Positions 25,957 to 36,393 of a DNA stretch of 57,510 bases are shown in pieces (within the stretch, counting starts at the first letter, position 1; each line of letters opens with the position of its first letter). The notes under the pieces were generated by a model that made no database searches, was not told the origin of the DNA, and saw only the letters and a program-made list of their open reading frames with translations. Position numbers and translations under genes: made by a program. Source of the DNA: a virus; IMG/VR virus record IMGVR_UViG_3300035698_011381, one strand, 5' to 3'.

Positions 25957-28900
25957 TTAAGCGAAACGATGAGCGTTTTGTTTGAGTACTTTAAGGATGG
26001 CTGTTTCACCTTCCGTAGTCTCAGCCCAGCGGCTCATTGCTTTACGGTCGTCGAAGAATGCCACATTAACGGGACGGTCGGAAGAAGATTCGTCAGCAGA
26101 CCCTCTGCCCACTGCTCCGCCTGTCGCAAACCCTCTAACGGCAGATGCTGACCGTTTCATAGACGACCCCGCCTGTTGGAAGGAAGGAGGGTTCATGCCC
26201 GTGCGCCACCGCTCAAGAGCGTTGACACCTACCTGCTTAACCATGTCCCTCGTGATTACGAACTCGCCCGGCGTGAGCCAAGCGGGAACCGTATCGGACG
26301 CAGGAATGTTCGAGGGACGTGAGAACGGCGCACTCAAAGGAACCCCACCCCCGGCGAGGCCTTGGGGTACTTTTCCGCCTTTGTCGAAGGTTTTGGGTAC
26401 TAGTCCTCCTTTGTTGCCGAAAAATCCTGTTACAGCCGTGACAACCACCAGTGCCCATGTCGCTATGGTGCTCGCTATACTGGCGGCGGTGTTCGCCGCC
26501 CAGATAACAGCGTTTATCAGCATCCCGCTTATCAGAGACCAGACACTCGCGGTGTTTAAGTTAGTAGAAGCCGAATTCGCCACGAGGCCCGCTGTGTTGG
26601 TTGCCGTTGCCGCTGTCTCTGCTACTTTGGCTCCAGTATTGGCGGTTGCGGCGGCGGCGTTCGTGGACGTTGCTAGTGCGTCCGAAGTTGTGGCTGTGGT
26701 GTTCGCTACGTCTGCCGCCGTACTCAGGCCGAGAGCCGCAGTCATGGCTGTCATGGCCTTGCCGAGAATGCCTTCTTGTCCTGCTTCCGCGTTTCCGAAT
26801 ACAGACCCGACGCCCTTGCTTATAAGTCCTTGGGACTCTCCCCCCGAATCCCCGGCTATATCTGATGTGCCTAAGAGGGAACCGCCCACACCGCCGAACA
26901 GGTTCGATGCTGATTGTCCTATGACCGTCTCTGCCAGCGCACCTATAAGTTGTTCAGACACTTTCGTCGCAAAAGTCTCGGCAAGGTCGAGGAACACATC
27001 CCACAGGGCGTTTCTGAAAAACTCGCCGAGCTGGTCGGTATCTCCCGTTTCTAGGTACTCGCGGAAAGTGCTCCCGAAGGAGTTGGACACGCCCTCTAAA
27101 CCCTCTTTAATTAGGTCGGCAAATATGCGGGCACCTGTTTCAAGCTCCTCGTTAAATTCGAGAACCCCGAGCATCATTCCGTCTATTATGTTCTCAGAGG
27201 CCTCTAAAGATGCGCGGTCAACTTTCGCCTGTGCCTTGACACGCTTTGCCATCAACTTGTTTTTTTCGTTCTCGGTTCGGACGGCGTCCCTGTCCATCTG
27301 ATCCTGAAGCTGGACAACAGCGTCTACGGCCTCTTTTTCCGTTTTAGCATTCGCTTCCGCTACGGCTAGTTTGGATTCGAGGATACCTTTATCTAGGGCA
27401 AATCGTTGCTGGGCACCGGCGAACAGTGTCGCGCTCCCTGCGTTCTGGGCGGCTATGATGTCCTTTTCTAGCTTCACGCTTTCTGCTTGGAGAGCTTTTG
27501 TTCGGCTTGATGTGCCGGTGTTTAGCCCCCCTGCTTGCCCTGTAAACAGGGATGCTTTTACTATTTGCGCATCTATTTTTCTCAACGCTTTCCGCGCCTG
27601 TTCCACAGAAATTATTTCTGGAGCCTTCAAGGTATCTATCTCGGCTTGGAGCCCCTGTATTGAGCCTCCCGCGCCCCTTAACTCATCCGCAGTATCTTGC
27701 ACAGCCTGTTTCTGTGCTGTCAAAGAGTCAGCATTAGCTTGTGCGTCTCGTTCGTTGATCGCTAGTTGTTGGTCGAGCAATTTTATTTTCAATTGGGCGA
27801 GGATCACGTCAGCTCCGGCCTGACTGGTCTGCGCCAGCTTTGCCGCTGTCAATTTGTCTGCGGAGGCTACGGTGTCCTTGTCGAGTTGGTCTATCTTCTC
27901 TTTCGAGTCGAGGGTAGTAAGGGTTTGCTCAAGCGTCTTACTGAACAAGGCGTTCACTGAGGATGTTCTCTGGGCTATCTTGTCCTCTGCCACCGATATT
28001 CGCACGAGTGCCCGTGCCTCTTCGGCGAGAACCCCCGCCCGCTCAAGAGCTAAGTCGCCGACTTCGTCCCTGCCTCGTCTGGGGGGAGACTGTCCAACAA
28101 CTCGGATGCCTGTTAAAATCTCTTCGTTGCGTTTTCTGAGAAGGACGACCTCCTCTTTCGCATTTGCTATAGATATTTGCTCTTGTTTCGTGGCATCCAT
28201 GAGTGCCTTCACGCGGTCGTACTCTACTTCAACCAACTTCTTGGCGTCCCCTGTCACGGGGTCTAGGAAACGGATTTTTGCCGTCTCCTCCGCGATGGTT
28301 TTAATCTGCTTCGTTATATCCTTGAGAGTCTCGTTAGAATCTTCCCAACTACTGTCCGCGCCTTCGATAATGTTATTCAGGGAGTCGGCTTCTTTTGAAG
28401 TTTTCTTGAGCTCTTTGTTGGCTCTACCTATACTGTTTTCCCACAGCTTTGTTTTGGTTATAAGGAACGCCAGTGCGGCAGACAGGACTACGAGTAGCCC
28501 GCCCACTATCAATACCTGCGCGGATACCCCTGCCATTGCCACTGCCCACCCCTGAGTCTGGAGACGCACAACGAACGTGGCTACTGCGGCGGCTCTTTGC
28601 GTCCCTATTACGGTCAAGAGGGCGCGGTTGATTGCCGCTATTGCCATCCCTATTTTTTGAGTACTAAAAAGGATGCCTTTCGCGCCCCACAAAAAGGCCA
28701 GTGTTTTCGTTAGCTTCACCCATAAAACGAGCGTCGTCACGCCCGCGACGAGCCATTTAACGGTTATGGCTAGTGCCTTGGTAATCACGCCGTCGGGAGA
28801 CAAGACGCGTGCGATAGCTCGAACAGAGTCCGCGACGATCCTCAGAGGTGCTATCGCGTTGTTTGCACCTGTTACGAGTCCTTGAAACACGGCTGTTGCG

Positions 28901-30528
28901 AGGGGGGCAATTACTTTGAGTACGTCGCCGACAGTAGCCAGTACGTTTCGGACGAGCACGAGCACCTGCCCTGTGTCGGAGATTTCACGGAACGACAGGG
29001 TGATCCCCGCCAACGTCCCTGCAATCTCCTGTACGATTCCCAACGCTTCAGGGGCAAAGATGGGGGTTCCTTCTGCGTCTGTGGTCTTAATGGCCTGCGA
29101 CAGCGCGAGGACAGAGTCCTTGACTGCGTTGAACTGTTCGATGCCCCCCTGAGCGAGGAGTATCTGAACCGTGTCCTGTAGATTGGATTTAAGCACGTTC
29201 ATTGAAAGTGCGGCGGCGTCGGCACCGAGAGCGATCCCCCCGAATTTGGCGGTCAGGGTTTCGTACAGATTGCCCTGCTCCTTAGCGTTGCGGATAGCCT
29301 CGTTCGCTTCCTTGGCTCCCCCGAACAAAACTGCGATTCGAGTATTTTTGGCCGTGGCCGTTCCCTGAAGCAGTGAACGGATTTCTTCTGAAAGCTGGTT
29401 CAGCGGGACGCCGAGGGAGAGGGCTCCCTCCGTCAGTCGTTTGGAGACCTCGCGGATCTGGTCAAGGTCGAGACCTGCGGCTAAGCCGGGCCCGACTGCT
29501 ACTTGATAAGACTGTACGAGTGCTTGGAATGTGGCGATGGAGCCGAGCGCGTCTTTCTGGAGCTGTTTTACGATACCCCGTGACTCGCTCATCGCAACAT
29601 TAAACGCCGCCGCACCTGTCAATAATTTCCCCGTACCGTCTCGGATCTGCCCGATGGACGTGACGATGGACGCGATACCGATTTCAGCCGATTCGAGTTC
29701 CGCATTAAAGGACACCATCTGACCGACTGCCGCGCCAATCCCCTGCGCTAGTTTTCGAGCGAGTGTGAAAAGGGCGAGGATGCCGACGAGTCGGCGGAAA
29801 GTGAAAAGGAACTGACGGGCGGCGTGTTGCGCGTCCCACATATTCAGCCCGAGCTTTTTGGCCTGAGCCGCAGACACACCTACCTGCTCGGCGGCGGCGC
29901 GGTGGGTGATGTTCCCTTTTTCCACGAGCTGGTTTATCTGCGCTCTCTTTACGGCAAGGGCGTTGGATGCTTGTAGGTTCTTTTGGGTAGCCTGTGCGTT
30001 GGCGTCTTCAGCGGTTATCGGCTTCATAGTGTCGGCTATACGAGCCCGTTCTATCATGTCCGCTTTTAACGCTTTGGAATTTGCGAGGGCTTTCTTATCC
30101 GCCGACTGTGTCGCCTCTTTGTTACGCTGTTGGGCTGTTGCGGTCGTTTCTCTGTCAAAAGCCGCACGCCGCGCCTTGTCCGCTCTTGCTACAGCGGCTA
30201 TGTGGGCTCTTTCCGCCTTTTGTGCCCGCTGAGAAATCCTCGCGGCTTCCTTGTTCTGCTGAGTTACTTTTTTACGGGCTGTCAGTATCTTGTGCTGTAC
30301 TCGCAACTCGTCCTGAGACAGCTTCGTGATGCTCTCCTGCGCCTTCTTGTTCTGGGACGTAGTGTCTGTGGCTCTGGGGGCTTTTACGGCAGTGGTTTTT
30401 GCACTGCTTCCGAGTCCGTCGAGCGCGGCCTTGACCTCTTTGATCTTGGCAAGGGTGGCCTGAAGCTGAGCATCTACGTTCCCGCCCAAATTGACATTGT
30501 ACTGGAGACCTTCGATTTCTGCGCCCAT
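25957..30528 (-). CDS. Tape measure protein
   Basis: 1523 aa, Ala/Gln/Lys-rich and coiled-coil, with internal hydrophobic segments and Gly-rich stretches. It lies between the chaperone pair and the distal tail genes. Confidence 0.85.
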   Translation of the reverse strand: MGAEIEGLQYNVNLGGNVDAQLQATLAKIKEVKAALDGLGSSAKTTAVKAPRATDTTSQNKKAQESITKLSQDELRVQHKILTARKKVTQQNKEAARISQRAQKAERAHIAAVARADKARRAAFDRETTATAQQRNKEATQSADKKALANSKALKADMIERARIADTMKPITAEDANAQATQKNLQASNALAVKRAQINQLVEKGNITHRAAAEQVGVSAAQAKKLGLNMWDAQHAARQFLFTFRRLVGILALFTLARKLAQGIGAAVGQMVSFNAELESAEIGIASIVTSIGQIRDGTGKLLTGAAAFNVAMSESRGIVKQLQKDALGSIATFQALVQSYQVAVGPGLAAGLDLDQIREVSKRLTEGALSLGVPLNQLSEEIRSLLQGTATAKNTRIAVLFGGAKEANEAIRNAKEQGNLYETLTAKFGGIALGADAAALSMNVLKSNLQDTVQILLAQGGIEQFNAVKDSVLALSQAIKTTDAEGTPIFAPEALGIVQEIAGTLAGITLSFREISDTGQVLVLVRNVLATVGDVLKVIAPLATAVFQGLVTGANNAIAPLRIVADSVRAIARVLSPDGVITKALAITVKWLVAGVTTLVLWVKLTKTLAFLWGAKGILFSTQKIGMAIAAINRALLTVIGTQRAAAVATFVVRLQTQGWAVAMAGVSAQVLIVGGLLVVLSAALAFLITKTKLWENSIGRANKELKKTSKEADSLNNIIEGADSSWEDSNETLKDITKQIKTIAEETAKIRFLDPVTGDAKKLVEVEYDRVKALMDATKQEQISIANAKEEVVLLRKRNEEILTGIRVVGQSPPRRGRDEVGDLALERAGVLAEEARALVRISVAEDKIAQRTSSVNALFSKTLEQTLTTLDSKEKIDQLDKDTVASADKLTAAKLAQTSQAGADVILAQLKIKLLDQQLAINERDAQANADSLTAQKQAVQDTADELRGAGGSIQGLQAEIDTLKAPEIISVEQARKALRKIDAQIVKASLFTGQAGGLNTGTSSRTKALQAESVKLEKDIIAAQNAGSATLFAGAQQRFALDKGILESKLAVAEANAKTEKEAVDAVVQLQDQMDRDAVRTENEKNKLMAKRVKAQAKVDRASLEASENIIDGMMLGVLEFNEELETGARIFADLIKEGLEGVSNSFGSTFREYLETGDTDQLGEFFRNALWDVFLDLAETFATKVSEQLIGALAETVIGQSASNLFGGVGGSLLGTSDIAGDSGGESQGLISKGVGSVFGNAEAGQEGILGKAMTAMTAALGLSTAADVANTTATTSDALATSTNAAAATANTGAKVAETAATATNTAGLVANSASTNLNTASVWSLISGMLINAVIWAANTAASIASTIATWALVVVTAVTGFFGNKGGLVPKTFDKGGKVPQGLAGGGVPLSAPFSRPSNIPASDTVPAWLTPGEFVITRDMVKQVGVNALERWRTGMNPPSFQQAGSSMKRSASAVRGFATGGAVGRGSADESSSDRPVNVAFFDDRKAMSRWAETTEGETAILKVLKQNAHRFA

Positions 30529-30529
30529 C

Positions 30530-31428
30530 TTATTTTCTCCCGCTCTTGCCTATTTTCTTCCCTTGAAGGAGTGCCTTGTACCCCGACAATCTTGAACCTT
30601 CGTTGCTTTTGGCTTCAGGCAACCACACACTCAAATCCTCAGTGAACGCCTTGATAGACTGTTTCGTGCCGTTGCCTGCCTGATTGAACAGTGCTAACAG
30701 GTTCAAGTTGTCCGCCGCTTCCTTTTGCTTCAACGACCGATACACCTCCTGAAAGGTGCTCGGCGTCATGGTCTCTATACTCCCTTCGGAGAAGCCCATC
30801 GAAACGCAGTAAATTACCGCGTCAAAGAGGGCTGTCCAAACATCTTCCGAGACTACTCGGTCACTTTTTTCAGTGCGTCGGTTCCTACCGCTACGGCCTC
30901 TTTTATCTTTCCGAAGTTGCCGAGGAGGGATAAGGACTTTCCCAGCCCGGCGAAGCCCTCCTTAGATGCCTCAAACGCGCCGAAAAGGTACTGTGCAAAG
31001 GAGCCCGAATCCATGTTTTCTAGGAGGTCTGCGGCGTCCGCATCCGTGAAGGTGTCGGAGGCAGATTTAATGATAATCTCCACGAGGAGTTCCTGTGCGT
31101 CGTCCGCAAAAAGAGAGTCAACGAACCCTTCGACGCTGTCCGCTTTTTGCTTGGCTCGCAGGGATGCGAGGCTCGCTGAAATTTCCTTGGTTGTGCTTTG
31201 CGTCTGCGTGTACGCGTCGCCCTTTTCGTCTTTCTGATCGGACGGGCCGGTGTACGACTCTACGGTAACATCTTTAGACTCGTCCGCGAAGAGGGTCGCC
31301 AGAAAACCGGACGCTTTCTTGGACAGGTGTTTGAATTTGAAAACTGTTCCCATAGGAATGGCGTAGAAATTAACATCTTCACCGTGGATCGTCTTCGTTA
31401 CTTTACTCTTTTTACACAGGTTATTCAT
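30530..31428 (-). CDS. Tail assembly chaperone -1 frameshift product (gpGT analogue)
   Basis: ORF 30530..30799 is in the -1 frame relative to 30853..31428. The -1 frame is open from the A6 run (agt gac cga gta gtc tcg gaa...) into MGFSEGSIETM... Confidence 0.6.
30853..31428 (-). CDS. Tail assembly chaperone (lambda gpG analogue)
   Basis: AAGGAG RBS; acidic 191-aa protein between the tail tube and tape measure genes. It ends ...DALKKVTE* across an A6 run. Confidence 0.7.
   Translation of the reverse strand: MNNLCKKSKVTKTIHGEDVNFYAIPMGTVFKFKHLSKKASGFLATLFADESKDVTVESYTGPSDQKDEKGDAYTQTQSTTKEISASLASLRAKQKADSVEGFVDSLFADDAQELLVEIIIKSASDTFTDADAADLLENMDSGSFAQYLFGAFEASKEGFAGLGKSLSLLGNFGKIKEAVAVGTDALKKVTE
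30862..30873 (-). promoter_or_regulatory. Candidate -1 ribosomal slippery site CTG AAA AAA GTG
   Basis: An A6 run lies 4 codons before the gpG-like stop, and the -1 frame is open downstream. Confidence 0.55.
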
Positions 31429-31658
31429 GGTCTTCGGCTCCTTTTGGTTGGTCTCGTTGGTCTCTTTGTTTTCCTATTAAAAATGCTTGTATTTTCTTCG
31501 TGTTCCCCCTGACTTTAGCTCCCTCGGAGGCCTTCCTAAGTGCTTAAACTTTGTAGAGAACACTTTACCCTCGTCGGATACTGCATATGATAGGTATTTA
31601 GTTATGGTTTTCAATCTCATGCCCCAGACTGTACCCCTTGTGCTTGTTTGTAGTCTAC

Positions 31659-31690
31659 ACAAAAAAACCCCCATGAAGGGGGTTTTCTTG
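31659..31690 (-). terminator. Rho-independent terminator after the major tail gene (bidirectional hairpin)
   Basis: The minus strand reads aaaaccccc-ttcat-gggggttttttt. Confidence 0.75.
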
Positions 31691-31706
31691 TTTCTGTCAA
31701 TTCAGT

Positions 31707-32552
31707 TTACTGAGTGACAGGATAGTAAACGTCCGCGACGTTGGTGTACGCGTCGTTTTCTTCCACCGAAGCAGTCATCGGGAGCTGAGCGAACTCGTCC
31801 GAGATGAGGCTGTAGTCGCCGTCCGAGGACAGGGCGACTTGGTGGTAGTCGTAAACGACTTGCTTACCCGAGTCCGCTTCTTCGAGAACGAAGCGCAGGG
31901 CGACGTTCAGCTCAGTGTTGGACAAGATGGTCAGTTGATCGACCGTAGTGGCGGTGGCGTCGGCGGTCAGCGTGAACGTGAGACCGTCCACACCTGCGGC
32001 GATGATGGCATCCACAGCGGTGGAGCTCTTGATGAACACCTGTCCCGAGACTTCGTCCACGGTGTAGTCCGTAGTCGCGGTCAGCACTACCGGAGTATCG
32101 TTGGTGCTTTCAATAACCAGAGCGTTGGTCGCAGTGATGCCGAACGCAGGGCCGGTGGGCGTGCGGAGCATGTACCACGCGTTCGCTACGAGGTCGGCGG
32201 CGTCCACCAAAGGAGCGTCCACGACACCAGCAATAGCTGGGTTGGTGTATGCGGCGGTGTCGCCGGAGAAAAAGCGTGCGAGGTTGTTGAAATTGATGTC
32301 TTCCAACTGGAATCCGAGTTCCGTGGTAACCTGTACCACGACGGATTTGTCGAGCGTCTTCAGACCCGAGCGGGAACCGAAGTGATCGAGTTTTTCGGAC
32401 TCTACCGATGCCGTGAGTTCCGGGACATTGCCCAAGTCCTCAAACGATTTCGGGTGCCCTGTTGCGTCGAGCAGTGCCGCATATAGTTTTCCACGACCGA
32501 GTTGATAACTCTCGACAGAATGTTCGCCTGATGTGTCTATGCCTCGTCCCAT
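31707..32552 (-). CDS. Major tail (tube) protein
   Basis: AGGAGG RBS; 281 aa; directly upstream of the chaperone pair and followed by a strong terminator. The N-terminal YQLGRGKLYAAL... region is tube-like. Confidence 0.55.
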   Translation of the reverse strand: MGRGIDTSGEHSVESYQLGRGKLYAALLDATGHPKSFEDLGNVPELTASVESEKLDHFGSRSGLKTLDKSVVVQVTTELGFQLEDINFNNLARFFSGDTAAYTNPAIAGVVDAPLVDAADLVANAWYMLRTPTGPAFGITATNALVIESTNDTPVVLTATTDYTVDEVSGQVFIKSSTAVDAIIAAGVDGLTFTLTADATATTVDQLTILSNTELNVALRFVLEEADSGKQVVYDYHQVALSSDGDYSLISDEFAQLPMTASVEENDAYTNVADVYYPVTQ

Positions 32553-32555
32553 TTT

Positions 32556-33500
32556 CTACCTCCTTGTATTGACAGAAAAAGTAATTACCATCTCTGTGCC
32601 GTTATGCGGTTTTTGTCGAGGCGGCTGTACGACAGGGAAACCTGTCGAAACTGCCGTTACTCGTTCGTTATCTTTCACGAAAGATACCATTTTCAATTCG
32701 TTCTTCAAGAAGTAATCAACAGATACTTCATTTTTAAATTTTAAGCGTGCCTCGAAGATCCAGTTCTCCATAGACGCGTTGCTCGACCGCGCCCCTGCCT
32801 TCACGCTACGTGTCAGTGTGCCGGAAACTTCGTTCACTACGACGTGGGGGATGTCGAGGACGGCGGGGATGACTGCGGAGGACTCTACGATGGTGCCTGA
32901 GAACGTGCCAACTCCAACATATTGATCGGTTGGGATTGTGTATGCGAGCGATAATCCACCATCCCACCCGTCTTTTGGTGGAAGGTATTCTGACGACAAT
33001 ACAGAAAGACTTGGGCCCGCTGCTTGATGAAAAAAGGCTTTCCACTCGTCTCTGTATGTCCTTTGAAAACGCACTTCCTCCGTTGCGTTTTCGTACTGTG
33101 GTCGAGATAGACTGTCAAGGCCGGTATAAGACACAACACTGTCGCTAACCCCGTCCTTAATGAGCGTAATCGTATCGGGATAGTCCTGCACCTTGAAATA
33201 GTTCGTCGGACTCCCCCCTACGTCACCTTTAATCGTTATCTGCCAGTCCGTGCCGTCGTTCCAGTACGCATAGGCTTCAGATGCGTCATAATACACCTTC
33301 TCGCCGTTCTCAGTCGTCCCTGAGTCTTTCCACTCGATAGGCTCCTGAAGGCCTGCCGGAACTGCATCAGAGCTTGTTGTGGCGGGGACTGTTGTCGCCT
33401 CACTTTTCGTGGCGAGCTTGGTAACAGCGTCGTATGTCACGGTAGCGAATGTACCGGCGATACACAGTTGATAGAGTCTGTTTTGGATCTCAGTTCTCAT
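32556..33500 (-). CDS. Neck/tail protein carrying an inserted ~160-aa domain shared with the 881-aa hub protein
   Basis: The motifs DAVPAGLQ...YFKVQDYPDTIT...LAYTIP...GTFSGTI parallel those in 23296..25941. Confidence 0.5.
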   Translation of the reverse strand: MRTEIQNRLYQLCIAGTFATVTYDAVTKLATKSEATTVPATTSSDAVPAGLQEPIEWKDSGTTENGEKVYYDASEAYAYWNDGTDWQITIKGDVGGSPTNYFKVQDYPDTITLIKDGVSDSVVSYTGLDSLSRPQYENATEEVRFQRTYRDEWKAFFHQAAGPSLSVLSSEYLPPKDGWDGGLSLAYTIPTDQYVGVGTFSGTIVESSAVIPAVLDIPHVVVNEVSGTLTRSVKAGARSSNASMENWIFEARLKFKNEVSVDYFLKNELKMVSFVKDNERVTAVSTGFPVVQPPRQKPHNGTEMVITFSVNTRR

Positions 33501-34003
33501 TACGTTAACCCTATGTGGTTCTGGGATAGGAGGTAAGGAACTTCAGGGCCGTTTAAGGAGGACTTGAAAGATTTGTTGAGCTCGGAAACGTCCGTAGAGA
33601 TCGCCTGTAACGCCTCTTCCAGTTGAGCCTTGAGGGAGTTGATAAAAGTGTGTGCGCTTGATGCGTCTCGCGTCAGCGGCTCTTCGTTAAATGCGTCGCC
33701 GGTGGACGCGGCGTTGTCCATGAAAATAACGGGCAGTCTCTGGATGAGCAGTACGTATGTCCACAGAGCTTCGGCACTTGCCGCCGTGGAGCGGGTAGTC
33801 TCGTCGTCGGTGGTCGGGTTGTCGATAAGAGCGTACCCCTGTATTTCAAGGGCTCGCGTTTTGCCTAAGCGGGTGAAGAGCCCCAATCTAACGTCCCTGA
33901 CGGCCTGATAAATGGCCGCAAGGGTGTTGTCGTCGTCTGCCGGTTCGATCCTTACGATCTTTAGCAGGCTGTCCAACGTCTCGTTATAGAGGGGCTCGAC
34001 CAC
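33500..34003 (-). CDS. Head-tail connector (gp6-like)
   Basis: SLLKIVRIEPADDDNTLAAIYQAVRDVRLGLFTRLG resembles the gp6-type adaptor N-terminus; the position is downstream of the capsid gene. Confidence 0.45.
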   Translation of the reverse strand: MVEPLYNETLDSLLKIVRIEPADDDNTLAAIYQAVRDVRLGLFTRLGKTRALEIQGYALIDNPTTDDETTRSTAASAEALWTYVLLIQRLPVIFMDNAASTGDAFNEEPLTRDASSAHTFINSLKAQLEEALQAISTDVSELNKSFKSSLNGPEVPYLLSQNHIGLT

Positions 34004-34004
34004 T

Positions 34005-34508
34005 TTAGGACTCGCTAGTCAGTTTTGCGACAGCTTCCTCGATACTTTCAAAAGCGTCGGGGGCTGTCAGTTCGTTCTCAGCGCAGATGTCTGCGTGGAT
34101 AGCGTCCAACTCGTCAAGGTTCATGCCTTCGAGCTCGTCAGCAATCTTGTTAAAGATACCGGTGGGCTTGTTGGATGCTTTCGCTTCGGCTTCGCTAAAC
34201 GATGCCTGAACGTCCTTTAACGACCGTCCTTCGAGTTCCGCGTCAAACTTTTCCTTCGCGTCGGCTTTAAGTTCTGCGATCTGCTCTTTTGCCGATTTCT
34301 TGGCGACTACTTTCGGCGCGTCCGGCACATCGTTAGCTTCAACGTCAATACAGAATTCCTTGAGGTCGCCACGCTCCTCGAACACCTCGCGAGTATGGTT
34401 GTCGAGAATAGTCGCGTCGAACGGGGTGCCCGCTAAGATCAGCTTAGTGTTCCCTTTCACGGGGCGTAGGTTCATGGTGCACACGTATTTTTTTACTGCT
34501 TCAGTCAT
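34005..34508 (-). CDS. Hypothetical acidic protein
   Basis: 167-aa ORF after the capsid gene. Confidence 0.5.
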   Translation of the reverse strand: MTEAVKKYVCTMNLRPVKGNTKLILAGTPFDATILDNHTREVFEERGDLKEFCIDVEANDVPDAPKVVAKKSAKEQIAELKADAKEKFDAELEGRSLKDVQASFSEAEAKASNKPTGIFNKIADELEGMNLDELDAIHADICAENELTAPDAFESIEEAVAKLTSES

Positions 34509-34593
34509 CTTCTGTGTCTCCTTTTTTAGGTTAAAAAAGGGGGAGTTGTTTAAGCTCCCCCTTTTGATTTTGCTCTTTGCTTTTCGGCGGGGA

Positions 34594-35673
34594 TTACACG
34601 ACCGACATGGACACGTTCTCGTCAGCGCGGTAGAACCACGGCAGAGGACGGGTCTTCAGGATATTGATGAGAACACTCGGCTCTTCTTTTTCAATAACCC
34701 GTGCGAGTCGTTTGGTAACGTCCAGACCTTCGCGCATTGCCTTCAGGTCAGGAATACGACCGTAGAACATCGTGCGGTTGGACTGAGCGGTCTGCGTGAG
34801 CTGAACGAACTCGAAGTACCCGGCGCGGATGAACGTGGTCACAGTGCCTGTGCCGTCTGCTTTGTAGGAAGCGTTGTACTCCCAGAAGCGGACTCCACCG
34901 AGAACACCAATGAAGCGCATGCCGTTTTCGGCATACGTAGCGATCATGGAAGTGTTCGGGTTGAAGATCGAGGCATCCTTATCGAGGACAACGGTTTCGG
35001 CGGTGATGAGGTCGTCGAGCGCGTCTGCGGCAGTGCTGTCACCGATAGCGTCCGTAACAGAACCAACTTCGTTCGTGTTGCAGAGACGCTGGATGATTTT
35101 GATGTCGCCACGAGGATCGGGGCTTCCGCCGTTCCACAACCCGTTAGGAGCCGCGAAGGTATTTCCGGCAGGCTTACGCATGTCGATGGAGAAAGACGCT
35201 TTGCCTTCGATGGAATACGAGATGGAGCCGGTCAGTGCCTGAGCAACCATCCACTCTTCCCTCTTATTGCAAACCTTTTCAAGTTTTGCGAGGTCGTCAG
35301 CGATCTGTTGCATAGCGTTTTCGCCAGCGACATCGGTTCCTCCGTCGGAAAACACGATAGGGCTCCCAGCACGCCGCTCGAAAAGGAGCTGTTGTGCCGT
35401 AAGCGGACGCTTGACAGAGATCATCGGGGTCGCAAACGTGTACGACTGGCCGTTGTTCTGACTGACGTTTACGGCTTCGCCGTTAACTTCGATGAACGGA
35501 GCGAGTTCGTCTTCGCCCGTCAACTCGTCCACTTGGACGGTTTCGGTCATCAATGTGCGGTGCGTTGCATCTGGAAAGAGCATTGCGGTGAGTGCACGGC
35601 GGGGGCGTTCAGTCCGATTAACTAACCGGGTCAGTTCGCGTGTTTCAATGGCTTCTACGGGATCAGCGGGCAT
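34594..35673 (-). CDS. Major capsid protein (lambda gpE-like family)
   Basis: AGGAGG RBS; 359 aa. The layout parallels lambda gpE (e.g. EEWMVAQALTG, ...FYGRIPDLKAMREG..., C-terminal PLPWFYRADENVSMSVV), and a decoration-like gene precedes it. Confidence 0.75.
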   Translation of the reverse strand: MPADPVEAIETRELTRLVNRTERPRRALTAMLFPDATHRTLMTETVQVDELTGEDELAPFIEVNGEAVNVSQNNGQSYTFATPMISVKRPLTAQQLLFERRAGSPIVFSDGGTDVAGENAMQQIADDLAKLEKVCNKREEWMVAQALTGSISYSIEGKASFSIDMRKPAGNTFAAPNGLWNGGSPDPRGDIKIIQRLCNTNEVGSVTDAIGDSTAADALDDLITAETVVLDKDASIFNPNTSMIATYAENGMRFIGVLGGVRFWEYNASYKADGTGTVTTFIRAGYFEFVQLTQTAQSNRTMFYGRIPDLKAMREGLDVTKRLARVIEKEEPSVLINILKTRPLPWFYRADENVSMSVV

Positions 35674-35701
35674 GGTGTTTCCTCCTGTGTTTCTATTTTA
35701 G

Positions 35702-36355
35702 TTAGCGAACCTGAGTCAGGTTTTGTACGTTCAGGCCACGCGGAAGAAGGTCTTCACGACAAGCCGCTTTGAGTGCAGTCACGTCGCCAGCGGCAACTAC
35801 TGCTTCCAATTCGTCAAAATCGACGTTACCCTCGACCATGCAAACCTTCTGCACTTCGAGAGCGTCATCGAGGTCGATAGGCTCAGGCCACACGATACCT
35901 TTGATGTTGTGAGTACCGTACGAGGACGTGCCGTCAACAACAACGTTGCTCGCGGCTGTAACCGTGGGGATCACAGAAACTTGAGCGTCGCCATCCAGCG
36001 TTACAGTAAACACGTCGCTGGCTTCAGATACGGTTGCTTTGATGCCGATGGCGAGGAGTTTCGCGGCAACGATTGCCTCGGTATCCGCACTGACATCAAT
36101 ACTTGCGGTAGCGACTCCGTTAACAACGATAGTGCCGTCTACAGAGACAGTGACTACAGTCGGTGCGGGTGCCATCCATTTGGCGGCATCACCAGTGGTG
36201 CTGTTGAATCCTACAGGGTAGCAGGTTTCCACGGTTTCGTCTGCGGCTACTGCGCCGAACGTCCACGTTTTCTGCTGAGTCATTTCTACTTCCTTGTGGA
36301 CGGCGTATGCGTCGGCGGTCGGGGTTCCTGCGAGTGCGTCTACTTTTAAGGTCAT
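35702..36355 (-). CDS. Putative head decoration protein with a central insertion
   Basis: AAGGAG RBS; located between the protease and capsid genes, as gpD is in lambda. Confidence 0.45.
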   Translation of the reverse strand: MTLKVDALAGTPTADAYAVHKEVEMTQQKTWTFGAVAADETVETCYPVGFNSTTGDAAKWMAPAPTVVTVSVDGTIVVNGVATASIDVSADTEAIVAAKLLAIGIKATVSEASDVFTVTLDGDAQVSVIPTVTAASNVVVDGTSSYGTHNIKGIVWPEPIDLDDALEVQKVCMVEGNVDFDELEAVVAAGDVTALKAACREDLLPRGLNVQNLTQVR

Positions 36356-36393
36356 TGTTCTCTCCTTGTTTCTGGTTTTAGATTAGGCGACGG

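Noticed and set aside
25982-27301. Long antisense ORFs inside large genes (also 4772..5716, 5110..5712, 17295..17930, 34300..35625, 36403..37356, 51380..52475, 55998..56648, 24130..24933)
   Set aside because: All are opposite well-supported genes with recognisable motifs. They show low-complexity Ala/Ser/Arg/Pro-rich composition and lack RBS or coupling signals. These are typical shadow ORFs of GC-rich coding DNA.
31477-31674. 65-aa minus-strand ORF between the tail tube and chaperone genes
   Set aside because: It overlaps the strong terminator hairpin, has no RBS, and has an implausible composition. The region is more likely a non-coding spacer.
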